Shown here piece by piece: positions 22,509 through 37,883 of a stretch of DNA of 64,000 nucleotides (position 1 is the stretch's first letter; every line of letters begins with the position of its first letter). Made by a program: the position numbers and the translations under genes. The notes beneath the pieces are model-generated. The model saw only the letters and a program-made list of their open reading frames with translations, had not been told where the DNA came from and did no database searches. The stretch is from Chlorokybus atmophyticus (lineage: Eukaryota; Plantae; Mesostigma and Chlorokybus algae), in assembly GCA_009103225.1 (NCBI GenBank), contig RHPI01000560.1:355465-419464 (forward strand), in the 5' to 3' direction.

Positions 22509-23803
22509 GGCGCCCCTGCTACCGTCACCACTGCCTACGCCAACGTCCACACCCACAACGACGCCACCAATGCCTTCTCCTACGCCACCTCTGCCACCGC
22601 TAAAGGCTGGGGCCAGGTACGTAGCTGTCGGCGCCCAGGTGCGGCGAACGCCTAGGCCACGCAGCGCGCGTCACAGCAGCGTAACAGTATAATATGTCCC
22701 ACCACTCCTGTTCTTTATTTTTGCCTCAAGCTGCTCGGCTGCGAGATTCTGCAGCCTGCTTCACTTCGCCCAACCGACCAGCGCTGCCCGGGCGTGGGAT
22801 TCGCCCCGTCTTGTAGTGCGCGTCGCTGGTGCGATGCGTCTGGGGTCCGAAGGCTCCAAAGCGACGTCGCTTACGATTAACTAACTGCAGCGTAAACTGC
22901 CTGTACTGAGGGTTGCAGCCCGAGTCCGATTATTGCCGGTCCATACTTAGTTGTTGGGTGACTCGAGCGCGTGTTTGACCCGAAACGCTTCGGACCACCT
23001 TGCTGTGACGGCTAACAGCAGCCGCCAGATGACAGTGTCTGACGGGGGAGCCGTTCACAGTTACAGTTTGACCACTTGCACACCTGTTGACGGTGACAAC
23101 TTGGCGACCATCATCATGGAGGTAGGCAGTTGCCATGAAACATGTGCTGCATGAAAGCTGTTATCAGGCTCCACCTGGAGCCTAATTCATGGAGCACGTG
23201 GACCATGATGTTTTAAATGTTAATGTGCCAAAAATTTTTAAGAAGCTTTTATACAGGGACACTCTTAAACCAAAGGTCGTTATTCATTTTTATTTAAATA
23301 CTCTCAAGATATGGACATGCAGTATACAAGTTTAATAGAGTTTGATTATACCATGGTAAGCTTTGTTTTAACTTTGAAAAAAATTATGTTTTGCACCGCA
23401 CATGTGTTAAATATGATGCATGTAGCCGGCTGCGTGCATTTTGATTATGTGGGTTCCTAAAAAGGAAATGTGTTTCGAGTTGTACATATAACTTGTAGAC
23501 GCTTCTTCACATAAATCTTGACGGGCAGCATTGTTATGTTCATTTGCAACGTGATCAACAAATGTAACTTTACTTTAACTTGCGTAAGTCACATACATCG
23601 ATTTGTCGTGCAAAAAAGGTGTACATATTAGTACACGGCCGTTCCCCTCATAACATATCAAGTATTTATCTTATACTGTGCAACTTAATACTGTCGTGGT
23701 GTGTGTAAGTAGCGTAATCATTTAAGACACGATGTGGAACCTTTTGTTATGATTGTTTGTACGCTCACACAATCGAGCACATAGTGACATACACTAGCTC
23801 TGA

Positions 23804-24004
23804 CTTGCTAAGACGTAATTCAACTTGTGAGTGTTGCACAACATACACACTTACGCACTAGCTATTACTCAAGTCACTCACGACTTCAATGAGAGCTAGT
23901 AGTATACACTAGCTCTCACTCAAGTCACTCCTCACTTGAGTGAAAGCTAGTGTGTAAGTGTGTAAGTTGTACAACACTCACAAGTTAAAGTACGTCTTAG
24001 CAAG
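23804..24004. mobile_element. Degenerate foldback/MITE-like element with ~70-bp inverted arms
   Basis: The left arm CTTGCTAAGACGTAATTCAACTTGTGAGTGTTGCACAAC.. matches the reverse complement of the right arm with few mismatches. Internal CACTAGCT and CTCAAGTCACTC subrepeats. No clear TSD. Confidence 0.6.
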
Positions 24005-25023
24005 AGTGCTACACAAAACAGTTAACACATAAATATTGCATCAGTTAAGAATGACTTGTATGCGAGCTGATGAGCGTCAGTTGTACGATAGATATAGAGC
24101 TGTACTCATGTGCATTGCGAGTTACATTGACGTGACTCTAATCTGATATAAGCATATTCAGGTTAAGTCGCCGTCACATTGGTATTATGGCTCTTATAAA
24201 GATTATGCATTTGTGTAGGACTTGTTGATAATAGAGCATAAGTGTCTCTCTACAAGCGTTTTGGCTAGCAAAGCTCAGGCCTACGGTTTAAGCCGGTGGC
24301 ATGCAGCTATAACCGTGATGTTCCTATTAAGAATGTTTCACATTATGCTTGCCCAACCGAACGTTAATGATTTGGCACTCAACACTCATTGTGCATGGTT
24401 TGTACATGACGTATAAAAGCATCAAATCCTTTTCATATACAAAATTATGCAATATGCATTAACAACATGCATAACGGGAATAATTGTTAAACAACAAGAT
24501 CTTCGGTTTTTCTTTAATGATGTGTATTCATTCATAGATGCATAGTTTTGCAATTTGTAATACACACAATATGATATGCACGTGTACGTTATTTAATACA
24601 TATTGACAGTATATAACAATTGTGATTGACACTGCATGCCGTCCAACGATATATTCTTTGCATACATGTTGTAAAGTCCATATCATAATGAAATATTGTA
24701 AAAGCACACAACTCGTGTGACAGGAGGTGATTGAAATTCCCACCATGGCTGTGCATGTGGCGGGAATTGCGCAGTCATTGTCTATATTAAAACCTGCCAG
24801 GTCTGACGGGGTTTTACCCGGATATTAATAGTAATGCTTTCGTAGTATATATTACATATATAACATGATACTCCCGTTGTACATGTTTCGACCACATCAT
24901 GCATACACATTTTTGAACACGGCAAGTAGGTACGGTAGTGTGCTGAATGATGCAAAGCAAATTGCATCCCAAGGGCACCGATGACATTCTGTAGGCAGGC
25001 TGCGCAGTGCCCGCGCTGCAGGC

Positions 25024-26727
25024 ATGGACTCCACGTCTCAGCCGGCGGCGGTGGCCTCGGCATCAGGCGGCGGGTCAGGAGGCTCATGGACCCAGCCCCG
25101 AGCCGCCGTCTCCTCCCTCGACCCTCACATCTCCCACATCTCCTCCCTGGAGTCCCACGTCTCCTCCCTTGAGGCCGCCCTCTCCCTGCAAGCCCTCCAG
25201 CTGGACTCCATCGACTCCGAGATGTCCCGCATGATCTCTCTCCTCAGGGACGGCGAGGCCCGTCTCCGCGTGATCGAGGAGGACCACGCCCGCGCCCAGG
25301 AGCACTTCCACGCCGCCCGCGCCCTGGCGCACGCCGAGTGGGACAGGAGACACAGGCTGCAGGAGAGGCTGGCGGACGCGGAGGGGAGGGCGGACAGGGC
25401 GGAGAGGGCGAGGGGGAGGGAGGCCAGGGAGGAGGCGGAGGAGGGGGTGAGGAGGAGAGTTCTGTGCGCGTGGGGAGGAAGGTGGGCGGGGGGTTTGCTG
25501 GTTGTTGGTTAATCTTTTGAGAATGCAGTGGTTGTGTGGGTGCTTCCGGCTCGCATGCATTGCTTGCATATGTTTCAGCTAATGCTGCAGTGAGAGTTAG
25601 AATCTTTGTACTGCAGTTTCAGTGTTGTGCATTTCGCAAGTGCGTAGCATGGTGACACTCAGGGTGTTGACATGTAACCATGCAGCTTTCCAGAAACTTC
25701 CTACTTACTTTCTTGGTATACATGCTTGTACTCAAACATTGCTACTGGTTGCTTGCCATTATTTGCAGCGATAGAAGCATACAATTGTTCAACACACATG
25801 CCCACAGGCGGAACAATATAATAGAGTGCGTGTCTTAGACATGCACTCTGATACATGTGTGTTTTTGTTGCTCTTCTCCTTGCAGGTTCACGAAGCATTC
25901 TGGTCGTCCCGGCGCCCGCCCCCGCTCGCGTGCGGTGTGGGCCAGCCGCGACCTGTCGACGCTGTACTGGGGAGAACGCGTGGGGGACCCGCAGGCATCA
26001 TCGATACCCGTCGCACAGGCGAGGCCAAGGGGGTGATTGGGATGAGGCTTGCATAATGTGTGCAGCGCGAGTTTAGTATACAATGAAGTGTGAATTGTGA
26101 GTAGTTGTCTCATGGGAAAGTCAAACAGTGCGTGCGCATGTGTTTGTGGTTTGTGCGTAAGAAAATGCACGTGCGTGTGCCCGCATGGCGTTGTGATGTC
26201 TGTTGGTTTTAAACATACACAGTAGTTGAGGTACACAACAGTTCAAGCGACCCCAAGTGAAGCAAGTAAGGATGTGTTGTCGTGTGTTTCACACAGATGC
26301 TCGACGTAGTTGCTGGGAAGATCACATCCGTGGCTCAGCGCACCAAGTCCTCCGTGCCAGGTCAGTTTAGTAATACAACCATCTCCCCCCCACCACACAC
26401 ATTCCCAACCCAACCCAACCTCACCCTCCCCCACCCTCACACGCAGACGAGCGTTTCCTCTCGGTCATCTCCCCCGCGCGCACCCTCGACCTCGAGGTCC
26501 CCAAGGATGGTGAGGGACCCTCACGCGACGAGTGGGTGGACATGTTGAGGTGGCTCATGTGGCAGGGGAGGGGCGGTGTGGGTGTTAATGTTGGTGTTGG
26601 TGGGGGTGGGGAGAATATGAGGGTAAAGGGGGGACAACAACTGCCAATGTCGTCTTCGAGGCAAGCGGGCGCGTGGGTGGTGAACTCGCCGCCGCATGCG
26701 CCGAGGACACCACCCGATACGGGGTGA
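25024..26727 (+). CDS. Coiled-coil plus C-terminal PH-domain protein
   Basis: Coiled-coil exon (SLESHVSSLEAALSLQALQLDSIDSEMSRM..). PH exons FTKHSGRPGARPRSRAVWASRDLSTLYWG (from 25886), MLDVVAGKITSVAQR, and ERFLSVISPARTLDLEVP..RDEWVDMLRWL. Start, middle exons and end are uncertain. Confidence 0.65.
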
Positions 26728-27443
26728 CTTGTGGCTGCATATGGCAAGCCGTGTGCATTTGACATGTCGCATTCTGCATGTATCTCTATTTATGTATAGT
26801 TGACATTCATTCATGCGTGTCCCCTTTCAATAAGAAGACAGTAGTGCCTATAAGCTCTTGCCTGTCAGGTGTTATTAATGGAATCCTCCTCCTTTCTTCT
26901 CCTGTCATGCTCAATTGTGCTCTCTGCTTGGCCAGGGTAAGTCTGTATCAGTGTAATGTCCATATTGCCACCCTAGCAATGTTTACAAGTTTAGACACGC
27001 CAGTGCTGTGCTGTTATTCTACTTGGATAAGTCCACGCACATGCAGCCGTGAGCACTGAGTTGCGCATGTGGATGCAGAAGCCTCATTCGCATCGCTGTC
27101 AGTTCGGATTAGGCCAGTAAAGCACAATCTACAACCACAGCACAACCGCTGTTTACCAACAATTGTCTCATCTTACAAATACTAACAGCGAAATCGTCAC
27201 ACCAAGCTATACACTGTCATCCCTGCCTATCATCGCACAAGCACACTCACACGCACGTCAGCGGCATGCAAGCACGCCTACACAACTACACTGCCGCAGC
27301 TGCCGGCACAGCGTCCGCTTCCGCCGTTGGCGCCGCCGTGTGCCCCAGCCTGGTACTGCTGCAACGACTGCCGCCCCCCGCTCCAGGATGGTGATGCCCT
27401 GGGCGCTCATCTACTATGCGCGCATAAGTTGTTTGTCATCATG

Positions 27444-30400
27444 TCACCATTGGTCCTGCTCGTCCGCATGCAGAGCGGGGTCGTGTTCTTGCTGAGACGC
27501 AGGCGACATCGCATCCGCAACTTCCTCGTTGAGCTCGCCCTCGTCTTGATGCGGAGGATACTCCTGAGAAACCAACATCAATGCACTCACTTACTGACTA
27601 ACTCACGTGTGCAATGTGGATGCATCACTGCAATTACCCACCCTCTCATAAGCGCACGTGTGTGTGTGTACCTGATGCATGGGGAATGCTAGGTTGTTGT
27701 CATCCTGGAATGCATCATCATTATCAATCTCCCCATCATCCGTAATATACCCATCCGATCCTCCTCCATTGGGTGTTGCTTCCACTACATCCGCTCTCCC
27801 TAGATCAAGCGATAGCGTCCTCGAGAAAAACCCACCTTTTCCCCCTCCACCTCCCCCGCCAGCAACATTACCACCTCTCCCAGCGTAACCCGTCCGGTTG
27901 AGTAGTATGTCCGGGAGAGACGTCGTGTCCACGCACATCCGTAACAACAACTCGCCGGCGTACACCGAACCTGACCCGTGCTCTTCATCCAACAACCTAT
28001 GCCACGCCTCTTGAGCACGCCCGAAATGAGGTCTCATTAGAGTGCCTAAATGGACCACAGCGGTGCCTATTGCGCGAAGATTGTGGGATTGAGGTAAGGA
28101 TGTGTTGTCTATGTTATCTTCTTCTTCGCGTCCTTCGTGGACCCAACATGTGACTTCGAGCTCGTCTTGCGGGCCAAATAGGCTCATGACGTGGGTGATG
28201 TCGTCGTTGAAAGCCACACTTGCGATGCCGCCGGTAGTGTCGTAAACAACACGCGCGGGGGGAGTGCTCGCAGATTGGCCCCGTGATTGCATCGTGCAAT
28301 GGGCCCACAACACAGTCTTGTTGGTAATGTTGTCACCGCCTTCTTGTCCTGTTGTTGCTGTTGTTGTTGCGGGAGCCACGATAGGGAGACCGCGCGCAGA
28401 TACCAGCGCCACGTGCAAGTCCCCCACGATCGGCGTGAAGCACATGATCACCTGGAGCTCCCCTACAACGGCACCTCCATCCTCGCTCTCCCTCAACTGA
28501 ATCCATTCATCCTGTGGGGCCAACACACACCAACACACCGTCAAGTTCCCGATACACAACCATTACAAACCCATGACTACTACACACCTGCATGCCGGAG
28601 CGCACAGCGGTGTGTGTGCCGATGCATGCCACACCGAGGAGTGCGTCGTCGTGGAGACTGGGCTCCCCGCCCGTGCGCGACACGCGACACTCAACAACAA
28701 CTTCCTGATCGCTGGCGCCCAGCAGCTCCAGCGAGAAAGCACGCTCCCAGGTTATCACACCTGAAACGGAAGGACAGAGTTGATGCGCGCACTCGTGCTG
28801 ATGGATGCACACACACACTCGCGCAAATGTACACGTAAGATGCACGCCCGCAGACACACGCACGCGTGCGCACGCACACACACGCGTGCGCACGCACATG
28901 TACGCATGCACACACACAGATACACCTGCACAACCACACGCCCTCTTTGTTCTCTCATGTTTACCAAGTCTAGAGTTTTACCTTTGTAGTTTGCGTGCGA
29001 GGCTGGTGTTGACCCGATGATCACTTTTGAGTTGGGGTTGGGATTGGGGTTGACATTGCTGCTTTCCGCGGTGTTCTCGTTATCACTGTCTGTGCTGACA
29101 GTCTGCCGGAAGTAGAGCGTGCAATATACCCGCGAATGAGGCGTCGGCGTCGCCAAACCCCTCGCCTGAACTAATGTCGCCTGCAACGTGCCTATCGCCT
29201 TCTTGGGCACCTGATCAACACAACCAAACATCATCACCCCCACCCCCACCCCCACACCCCCACCCACACACCTCTCTGTGGCCATCCTCTTCACTTGCCA
29301 CATCCGCGCGCGAGGCCTCCGCACTGATGACACCCTCAGCCGGGAGAGACCCACCCTGCTGCTGCTCATCACCACCTGCCCCACCCCCCTCGTTGTTGTT
29401 GTTGTTGTCTTCAATCGACTCGGGCGCGGGCGAATAGCGCGGCGGGGACAAGCTGTCTTCCAGCAGCTCCGATGTACGCTTCAACGACGACGACGAAGAC
29501 GCTAACGCAGTGGGGGGAGCGATGTCTGCCGCAGGGAGGGGAACATCTGCAGGGGGGGCGATATCCGTCGCAGGAGACTGTGTTTCAGACTGACTATCAG
29601 ACTGTGCTTCAGGCTGTGTATCAGGCTGTGTTTCAGGGCTTTCTGCTGGGTCTGTCGTTGTTTCCGTGTCGATATCGGCCGCAGGAGGCTGTGTTTTAGG
29701 GCTTCCTGCCGGGTCTGTCTTGGTCTCCTCGGCAATGTCAGTTGCGTCGGGTGCTGCTTCTGGCAATGCGGGTGTAGGTGTATGTACGGGTGATGCCTCT
29801 ATATCAACCATGGCCTCTATATCGGCTGTGGCCTCCGGTGTGGCCTCGATAAGAGCTGCGGTGCTGATCGAAACCGCGGCAGGTATCTCGTCGTCGGTGT
29901 CGATATCAGCCCCGGGGCTGTCCTCTTCTTCGACCGTCGTGAGGGAAGGCTTCACTTGAGGGAGGAGCAGAGAGGTTGCTGGTGTGGAGGTGACGGGCGG
30001 GCCGGTACCTGTGTTGGGGTGGGGTGAGACACAGAGCAACATTAGGAGAGGTGTGGGTGAGAAGGGTGAAACCCACCTTGGCGTTTGTTTGTAGGGGACA
30101 GTGCGGGAGACTGCTGCTGCTGCTGCTGCTGTTGTTGTTGGGGGGAGTTGGGTGTGCTCGTGGTGGTTGCATCGCCGCCTCCCTCACTGCCACATCCCAT
30201 GACCTCAACATGCAAACACACAGACCCACGCACACGCACAAGTACTCGCAGGCGTGCATGCACACTGTCTGTGTGTGCATCTGTGTGTGTATCACACCTC
30301 AGCATGCGTTTCAGCCCCGCGCACTCGTGTTCCCGCTCCCGTAGCTGTTCCCTCAACTTGCTCACGATGGCGCTCTCGACCTTGACCGCCCTCTCCGCCA

Positions 30401-33159
30401 CAACCTTCTCAGCCCTGAGCACGCCACACCACTCAACCCAACAACAACATGCAGGCTTATTAACAATTTTCCACAGACACACGTACTTGAGGGCGGTGAG
30501 TTCCGCGCGGAGGGTCTCACGCGTGTGCGCGAGGTCCGCGCGCAGTGCGTCGCGCTCCTGCACGAGTGAGGCCAGCGCGGCCGCCACATCTGCTCCCGCC
30601 CCAACACGTGGCGTGCCCGAAGCCCCAACCTGAGGGATTGTGTGTGGTACACATCAACAACATTGTTGCCACGCTTGTGCCCACTACACGTGTACACGCA
30701 AACAACAGCAACGTGCACACGCACACACACACGCACATACACGCACACGCACGCATGCGCACGTACGCACAAACACACATACCTTGCTCGCGCCCTCCTG
30801 TTGCTCCCTCTCACCTTCCTTCTCCCTCTCTCTCAGTCTCTCCCTCTCCCTCTCCCTTTCTCTCTCCCTCTCCCTCTCTCTGTCCCTCTCCCTCTCCCTC
30901 TCCCCCTCCCTCTCCCTCTCTCTCTCCCGCTCCCGCTCCCTCTCCCTGTTGTCCCTCTCCCTCTCTTTCTCACGGTCTCTCTCACGATCTCTCTCGCGCT
31001 CGCGCTCGCTCTCCGCGCGCACGTCAACAAGCTCACGTTGCAAACGCCGCCTGTGCACAACAAGCAATGTCTCAACTTTCTGTATGCACACACGCACGCA
31101 CACGCGCACACGCGCATACCTGTCTCCTTTGCACGCTGCATATTTCGCCCGCAGCTTCTTGTACTCGTCCTTCGGGACCGTGTCCTTGTTGTTGTTGTCG
31201 TTGCGTGAAGTTGTCGTGGCCGTCCTGGCTTCCAACTCCGCACGCAGTCTCGCCACCTGATGAGAACATTGTTGTGTATATGTTGTCTTTGTGTTTCGTG
31301 TTGTGTAATTTACTTCTGCTTCGAGTGCGAGGTTGCGTTGGGTTGGTCGTGAGGATAGTTGTTCTCGGAGACTGTCCCGCTCTCTTATGGCCTCTCCTAG
31401 CTTGTCCTTCAGCGCATCCACCAACTGCGCATGTGCGTGGCGTGCCGACGGTGAGTTGGGTTCTATGATTGGTTGTTAGTTGCTTATTAGACTTACAGAG
31501 CTCTTGTCGGTGTGGACAGCCATGTCCGCCATCGCAGTGAAACCCTTATTCCCCTGCAAAGTGAAGTAGTCATCAGGACACACATGCGCGCACACGCCCA
31601 CACATGTACCCACACGCGCTCATGCACGCGCGCACGCGAGCACGCACGCACAGACACGCAAGCGCACGTCTGTTAGTTTCAGCAACATTGCAACCAGCAG
31701 ACGGCTACCACATACTGTGTATGTTTCGATGCGCAGTCGTCTCAGCTCCTCCTGCAGCCTTCGCGCCTCCACAGCGTGGCGCTTCGCCTCGCGCTCCCAA
31801 CCCGCCACCGCAGTACGCAACGACACAACCTGGGTGACCAAGAGTCAGACCATGTGGGTATGTGCGTTGTTGCCCGTTCTCACTCTCTCTGTGTCACTCA
31901 CCTCTTCTGCCAAGGACTCTTTGTCTCTGTGGGGAAATAGCGTGCTATCGCAGCGCCAGCTGGGACCAGCTTTGCCACCAACGCCGTAACCATTGCCTGA
32001 GAGACAGTACGTGTGTGCACGCGCGTGCATGCGCGTGCAGGCGTGTGTGTGTGGGTGGGTGAAGGGGTGAGTACCCACCTTTTGAGGTGGATTTGGGTGC
32101 GTATAGCGGGTGGTATGGCGCTGAGAACGGGCGTGGGAGGCGGTTTGCGAGCGGGTTCGTCATCAGATTGCTGTTGCGCTGAGGCGGGTGGCCTGCTTTG
32201 ATGTACCAAAAAACAAATACCAAAGCAAAGGTAAATCTAACCGGAAGCGTGGATGTTTCAACAAGTATGATGGTTTCAACTGTGTGCTGTGTACTCTGTC
32301 CATGATTCCTGTACATTACCTTGAGAGCGGGAGCGTGCGTGCATCGGTCGCTGGAAGTCACCTACTTGAGTTCACATGTTTAGGGTGTTTCGGTTGACAG
32401 CTTCGACAAACTACTGACATGCAATGGCTGCAATCGCTCACACATTATGCCACAAGCAGTTTTGATTATATCTTACCATCAGATTCTTGTGCTCGCGTGT
32501 CGGGTTGAAAGTCGTCTTCCTGTGAGATGTGCTACATCAACGGATGAACATAGTGTTCTATATCAACCAACATTGCAACCATAATTTCAGACACGTTTTG
32601 AGGCAGCTGCCTTGAAAGTGTCTCTCCGTCTTCTTATAACGTGGCTGTATTTAATTGTCCTCGTGTTAACTCTAGCTATAGTGGCAACACATGTAGATGT
32701 GACATCCACATGTGCGTGCTGTTGCCGACACGAGGGTGTACCACATCGACTAGGTACTGTTGTCGACATTATAGTGGTGCTGCAGACTTACGATAAAAGC
32801 TATATGAGTGACCAGTTGGTGTACACTAAAAAGGAACGAAACATATTGTTCGAAGTAATCTCAGAGTCACGTACCTGCTCCCAGTCCTCATCCTGATAGA
32901 TGTCATCCATGCCGTCGTCCCCCTCGCGGTCATACCCAGCCGGTTTCGCGCCGCCGCCCTTTTGTGTCTCCTCCTCGACCCACCTCTGTTGATGATGGAG
33001 GTGTCGGCGGCGGCTCTCTGGCCTGGGCCCTGGGTCACCGCCGCCGCCGCCGCCGCCAGGCCAGTCAAACTCTACCGCCGCCGCTGCCGCCACTGACTCC
33101 CTCACCGACGGCAGCGGCGGCTTCCTGCGGCCGGCGCTGCTGGAACCAGGCCTGTCCAT
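27444..33159 (-). CDS. Large coiled-coil protein with an acidic low-complexity linker and tandem C2 domains
   Basis: Many GT-AG exons. N-terminal coiled coils ([23 protein letters not shown]; [23 protein letters not shown]). C2-like segments [76 protein letters not shown]. Exact model uncertain. Confidence 0.7.
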
Positions 33160-36100
33160 GCCACCGTGGACAGCGACGATTAGGACAGGGACAAGGGGAA
33201 GGACATCCAGCAGGAGGCGGCCGCCAGGCTCCCTGCTGGCGACACGTGTCAGCTGAGTCTCTCTCAATTTAGCGCAAAAGGCATGTCACGTGACACCTTG
33301 TGCGTCATGCGCACAAGCTAGCACTTGCATTGTGCGCAGTCTTTGTGCGCCACGTGACATGCCTCACTTGACCTTACATGACGTGGCTGCAGGAGGTGGC
33401 GGCGGCGGTGGCGGCGCTGTGTGTGAGGTCGGCTATACAGCGCCGGTGTTAGCGTTGTTGAGGAGAGTGAAGGTGTGTTTTGAGACACGTGTGTAGGGTT
33501 CTAGGAATGGGGTCTCTTGCGGTGCTTCAAAGAGGCGGCAGCAACAGAAACAGCTTGGACCTGCAGCCTCAACAACAAGTGAGTGTGGGCAGAGAAGAGA
33601 GTTGAGAGTGCACATGTTCAGCATACATAACCAATGACGACGAAGCGACTACGTATATGTGTGTATGTGTGGTTGCCATAGCACATACCAACCTCCACTC
33701 CCACGTGCAGGCTGTGGCGTTGGACTTGGGTCCAGCGGGTTTCCTGAGTGCGGCCGACAAGGAGCACAACGCTGCCACGTCAGCGTCGTCAGCGTCAAGA
33801 GCGGCGGTGACGGCGAAATCAGCGTCGAAGGGGGGATACGCTGCCGTGAATGCGTGCTGGGGAATGGTCAAAGTGGTGGGAGGGGGCATCTATAACGGTG
33901 AGAGGGCGCGAGGGGGGCTGTTTGTTCAAATGCGCGCACATCCACGTTCACTTACTCAATCACTCAGTCACGCTCAGTTAAGCGCGTGAGCGTGTGAGTA
34001 AGCGAATGAGTGAGCGAGTGAGTGAAGGTGGGTGGGTGCATGCACGCGCCAGTGTCTGGATGTACAACTGTGCGTGCGAGCGCGTGCGTGCGCACCTGTG
34101 CATGAGCATGAGTGAGTGAATGAGTGAGTGACTGAGCTTGCGTGATTGCACGGGGGTGTTCACATACTGGAGAATGACTGCCTGTGCGCGCGTGCGCACA
34201 TTCGTGCAGGTGTGCCTTAACAAGTGTATACATGGGCATTCGTGGGTGTGCGTCTGGTTGTCTTAATATGCAAGTCATGAGAGACTGCTATGTGACTTGG
34301 CGTTGCATGCTGTTCTGTACGAGCAGCGGCGGAGTTTGTTGGCGATCGCTTGGCAAGTCTGGTGGGTCTGGACGAGTCCAAGTACCAGTGGGCAGTGGAT
34401 GAGCACTCCCTGCAGCGACAAAAGGTGTGCTGTTGTTCAAGTGTGGCTGCATGTTTGACACACAGCTCTGAAAGGCGTGGTGTGTCTTCTCTCGTGTACA
34501 GGACATCACCAGAGCAGCCAGGAGAAGTGGCGGAGCAGACTCCATATAGATGAGTGTGGACAAGTGACACTTTCAGTTGTGCGCTACACCCGCCAGCATT
34601 GCAGCCTGCGGTGAGAGGGCCTCATTTAAGCATCGTGTTTCATAGTGTACAATTATTTTTGTTTGTATCATTACCACAAGCAACGTAGCAAAGTTATGTT
34701 ATGTAGGTGCCATAATGGCACCTAGATGACAGAGTAAGTGGCAAAGGCACTTACTCATAAATACAATACGTTTAAGAGACAGGGATTGATTCTTACATTG
34801 TTGTTTACAATCTGGTTGATGTAGTTGCACAACTTACAGAAAGAAAGCCAAAGCTATCTTGTAAACATAATATATCTTGATATTCCCTTGTCAGCGCGCT
34901 AATTAAGGAAAAGCTATACATATATAACAACATCATATACAACAAGGTTGTATGGATAATATCATTTTTGCTTCGTACATCCAAAATACAAGTAGCATAA
35001 CTTTGCATTTGTTGCAATCTTCACATTATGTAAAATAAATGAGATAGTGCTGGTCGTTTATCGTATGCGTCGTGAAGTGCTAAAAATAGTCTGTTATAAA
35101 CTTGAGACTTGTTGAAACAGCAGCAGAATTGTGATTATCATTGAATTATCACCCCTTATATTTTGGGCCACCATTTCATCACTTAATTATGCTACAAGTT
35201 TATGTTTAAGAAACTGCTACATGACTTATGTAGTGTTAATTATTAATAATACCACATACAACTTATTATAGCAAACTCATACACATGGACCGGCCATTTC
35301 TAAATAGTAAACTTGCTTGCATCTGACCAGCTGCAAGCAACACCATAGCAGTCATGACTACGTAGGGGCCAAAGTACTACGCACACCGCCTAATTCACAT
35401 GTTACACAGCTGATCATACTATAAGCTGCAATATAATCAAAAAACTTAAGCAAAGACCGTCACGCTGTACCAGTAGCGCACATGTTGTAAAAAGCATAAT
35501 GCACCAAGTTTATGCAACACGCCTTCCCTTATCATACATGAATAATCATCCATACACCATTGGTAATGCTTGAATATCAACAACTAACTCAATTGTATAA
35601 TTATGTTGTTCTATCAAACTTTGTGTTTGTGCCAGTATTAGCATAAACATAAATAAAGTACAAATGCATTCCATAATTGATATTTTTAAAGATTCATCAC
35701 TTGATTTACGTAATGGTTGTGCTTGTTGAATTGAAACAGCAATGATATTTGTTTACATATTGTTTACATATTGGCATTTATGTAGACCTCTTATATGAAT
35801 TTTATATAAATTCATATAAGATTCTTGCGTACGGGTTTGTTGCACTATTATTGATGCATCAAGTACATTGCGCGCATCTTGTATTATGTAAATTATAAAG
35901 GGGCCCCATATGCTTCTTGACACAGCACCGTATAGACATTGGCGGACAAACACTACACAAGACAACACTATAGAGCTACGTTTTCACAATATAAGCTACA
36001 CCTACGTGTTTGCACAATTCGCAGGCAGATGCTCAGCGGCGATCATGCAGGCGGTGTAGTACAATCAATTATACTACATTGTGTTGCACAATGGATGGTG

Positions 36101-36746
36101 TGCTTTTATTAATGTAATGTTAATGACCATCAAATTATAAAGTTACTACTTAACAGATTATTTACATCTTTCACTCTTGATAAGTTTATATCAAGTTCAT
36201 TAACATTACACATTTTTGAGCTCATACTTACGATCGCGTGTATCAGCATCAACTTATAATATTGTTAGTGATTGAGCTTTAACATAACACGCCGAGTCAC
36301 AATTGTACATTATCTGATTAAGAAGGAACCATACATCCTGAAATTAGCGTGGTGGAGCTATCTTCGTAGCGCATATCGGTATCTAATACAATATGCTTTT
36401 ATAACTTTACCTATGTGATTCACCATGTATCATTGCTTATCAAGGCTTTTATGAAACTAAACAAGACTATCAGATGAAATCAGAATTATTGCATCACATG
36501 ACTGATGAGCACTTTGTCCTTGAAGTTTGAGTAGGTTGTTGCCCCCGAAAGACCTTTTCTTTGCAATGCGTGTTCTGGCTAGGCACACAGAAAGGCAATA
36601 GCACATTGAGCGTGTGCAAGTGCGTCGACGAGACAACTGTCGGCGCATAGCTTGCAACACATACCGGAATCGGAAGGTAGTCGTCGGATCAAGGGCTTTC
36701 GCATCTGACGGCTGAACAGCCAGGCCGCCCCGTCCGCTATAGCGGC

Positions 36747-36754
36747 TAGGGTTT
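36747..36754 (-). promoter_or_regulatory. Telo-box (AAACCCTA) upstream of RPL23A
   Basis: TAGGGTTT ~75 bp before the ATG. Telo-boxes are typical of plant ribosomal-protein promoters. Confidence 0.5.
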
Positions 36755-36827
36755 TCTCCTGTGAGTCCTCTTTGACACCGCCGCCGTCGCCGCCGGCGTC
36801 GTTGTGGTAGGTGGCGGTGCTGCCGGG

Positions 36828-37883
<1,056 letters not shown>

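Noticed and set aside
33489-34570. Possible minus-strand gene with exon-like pieces (CRCRECSSTAHWYLD; HAFTAAYPPFDADF)
   Set aside because: Could not build a consistent spliced frame or recognise a family, so it is not reported as a CDS.
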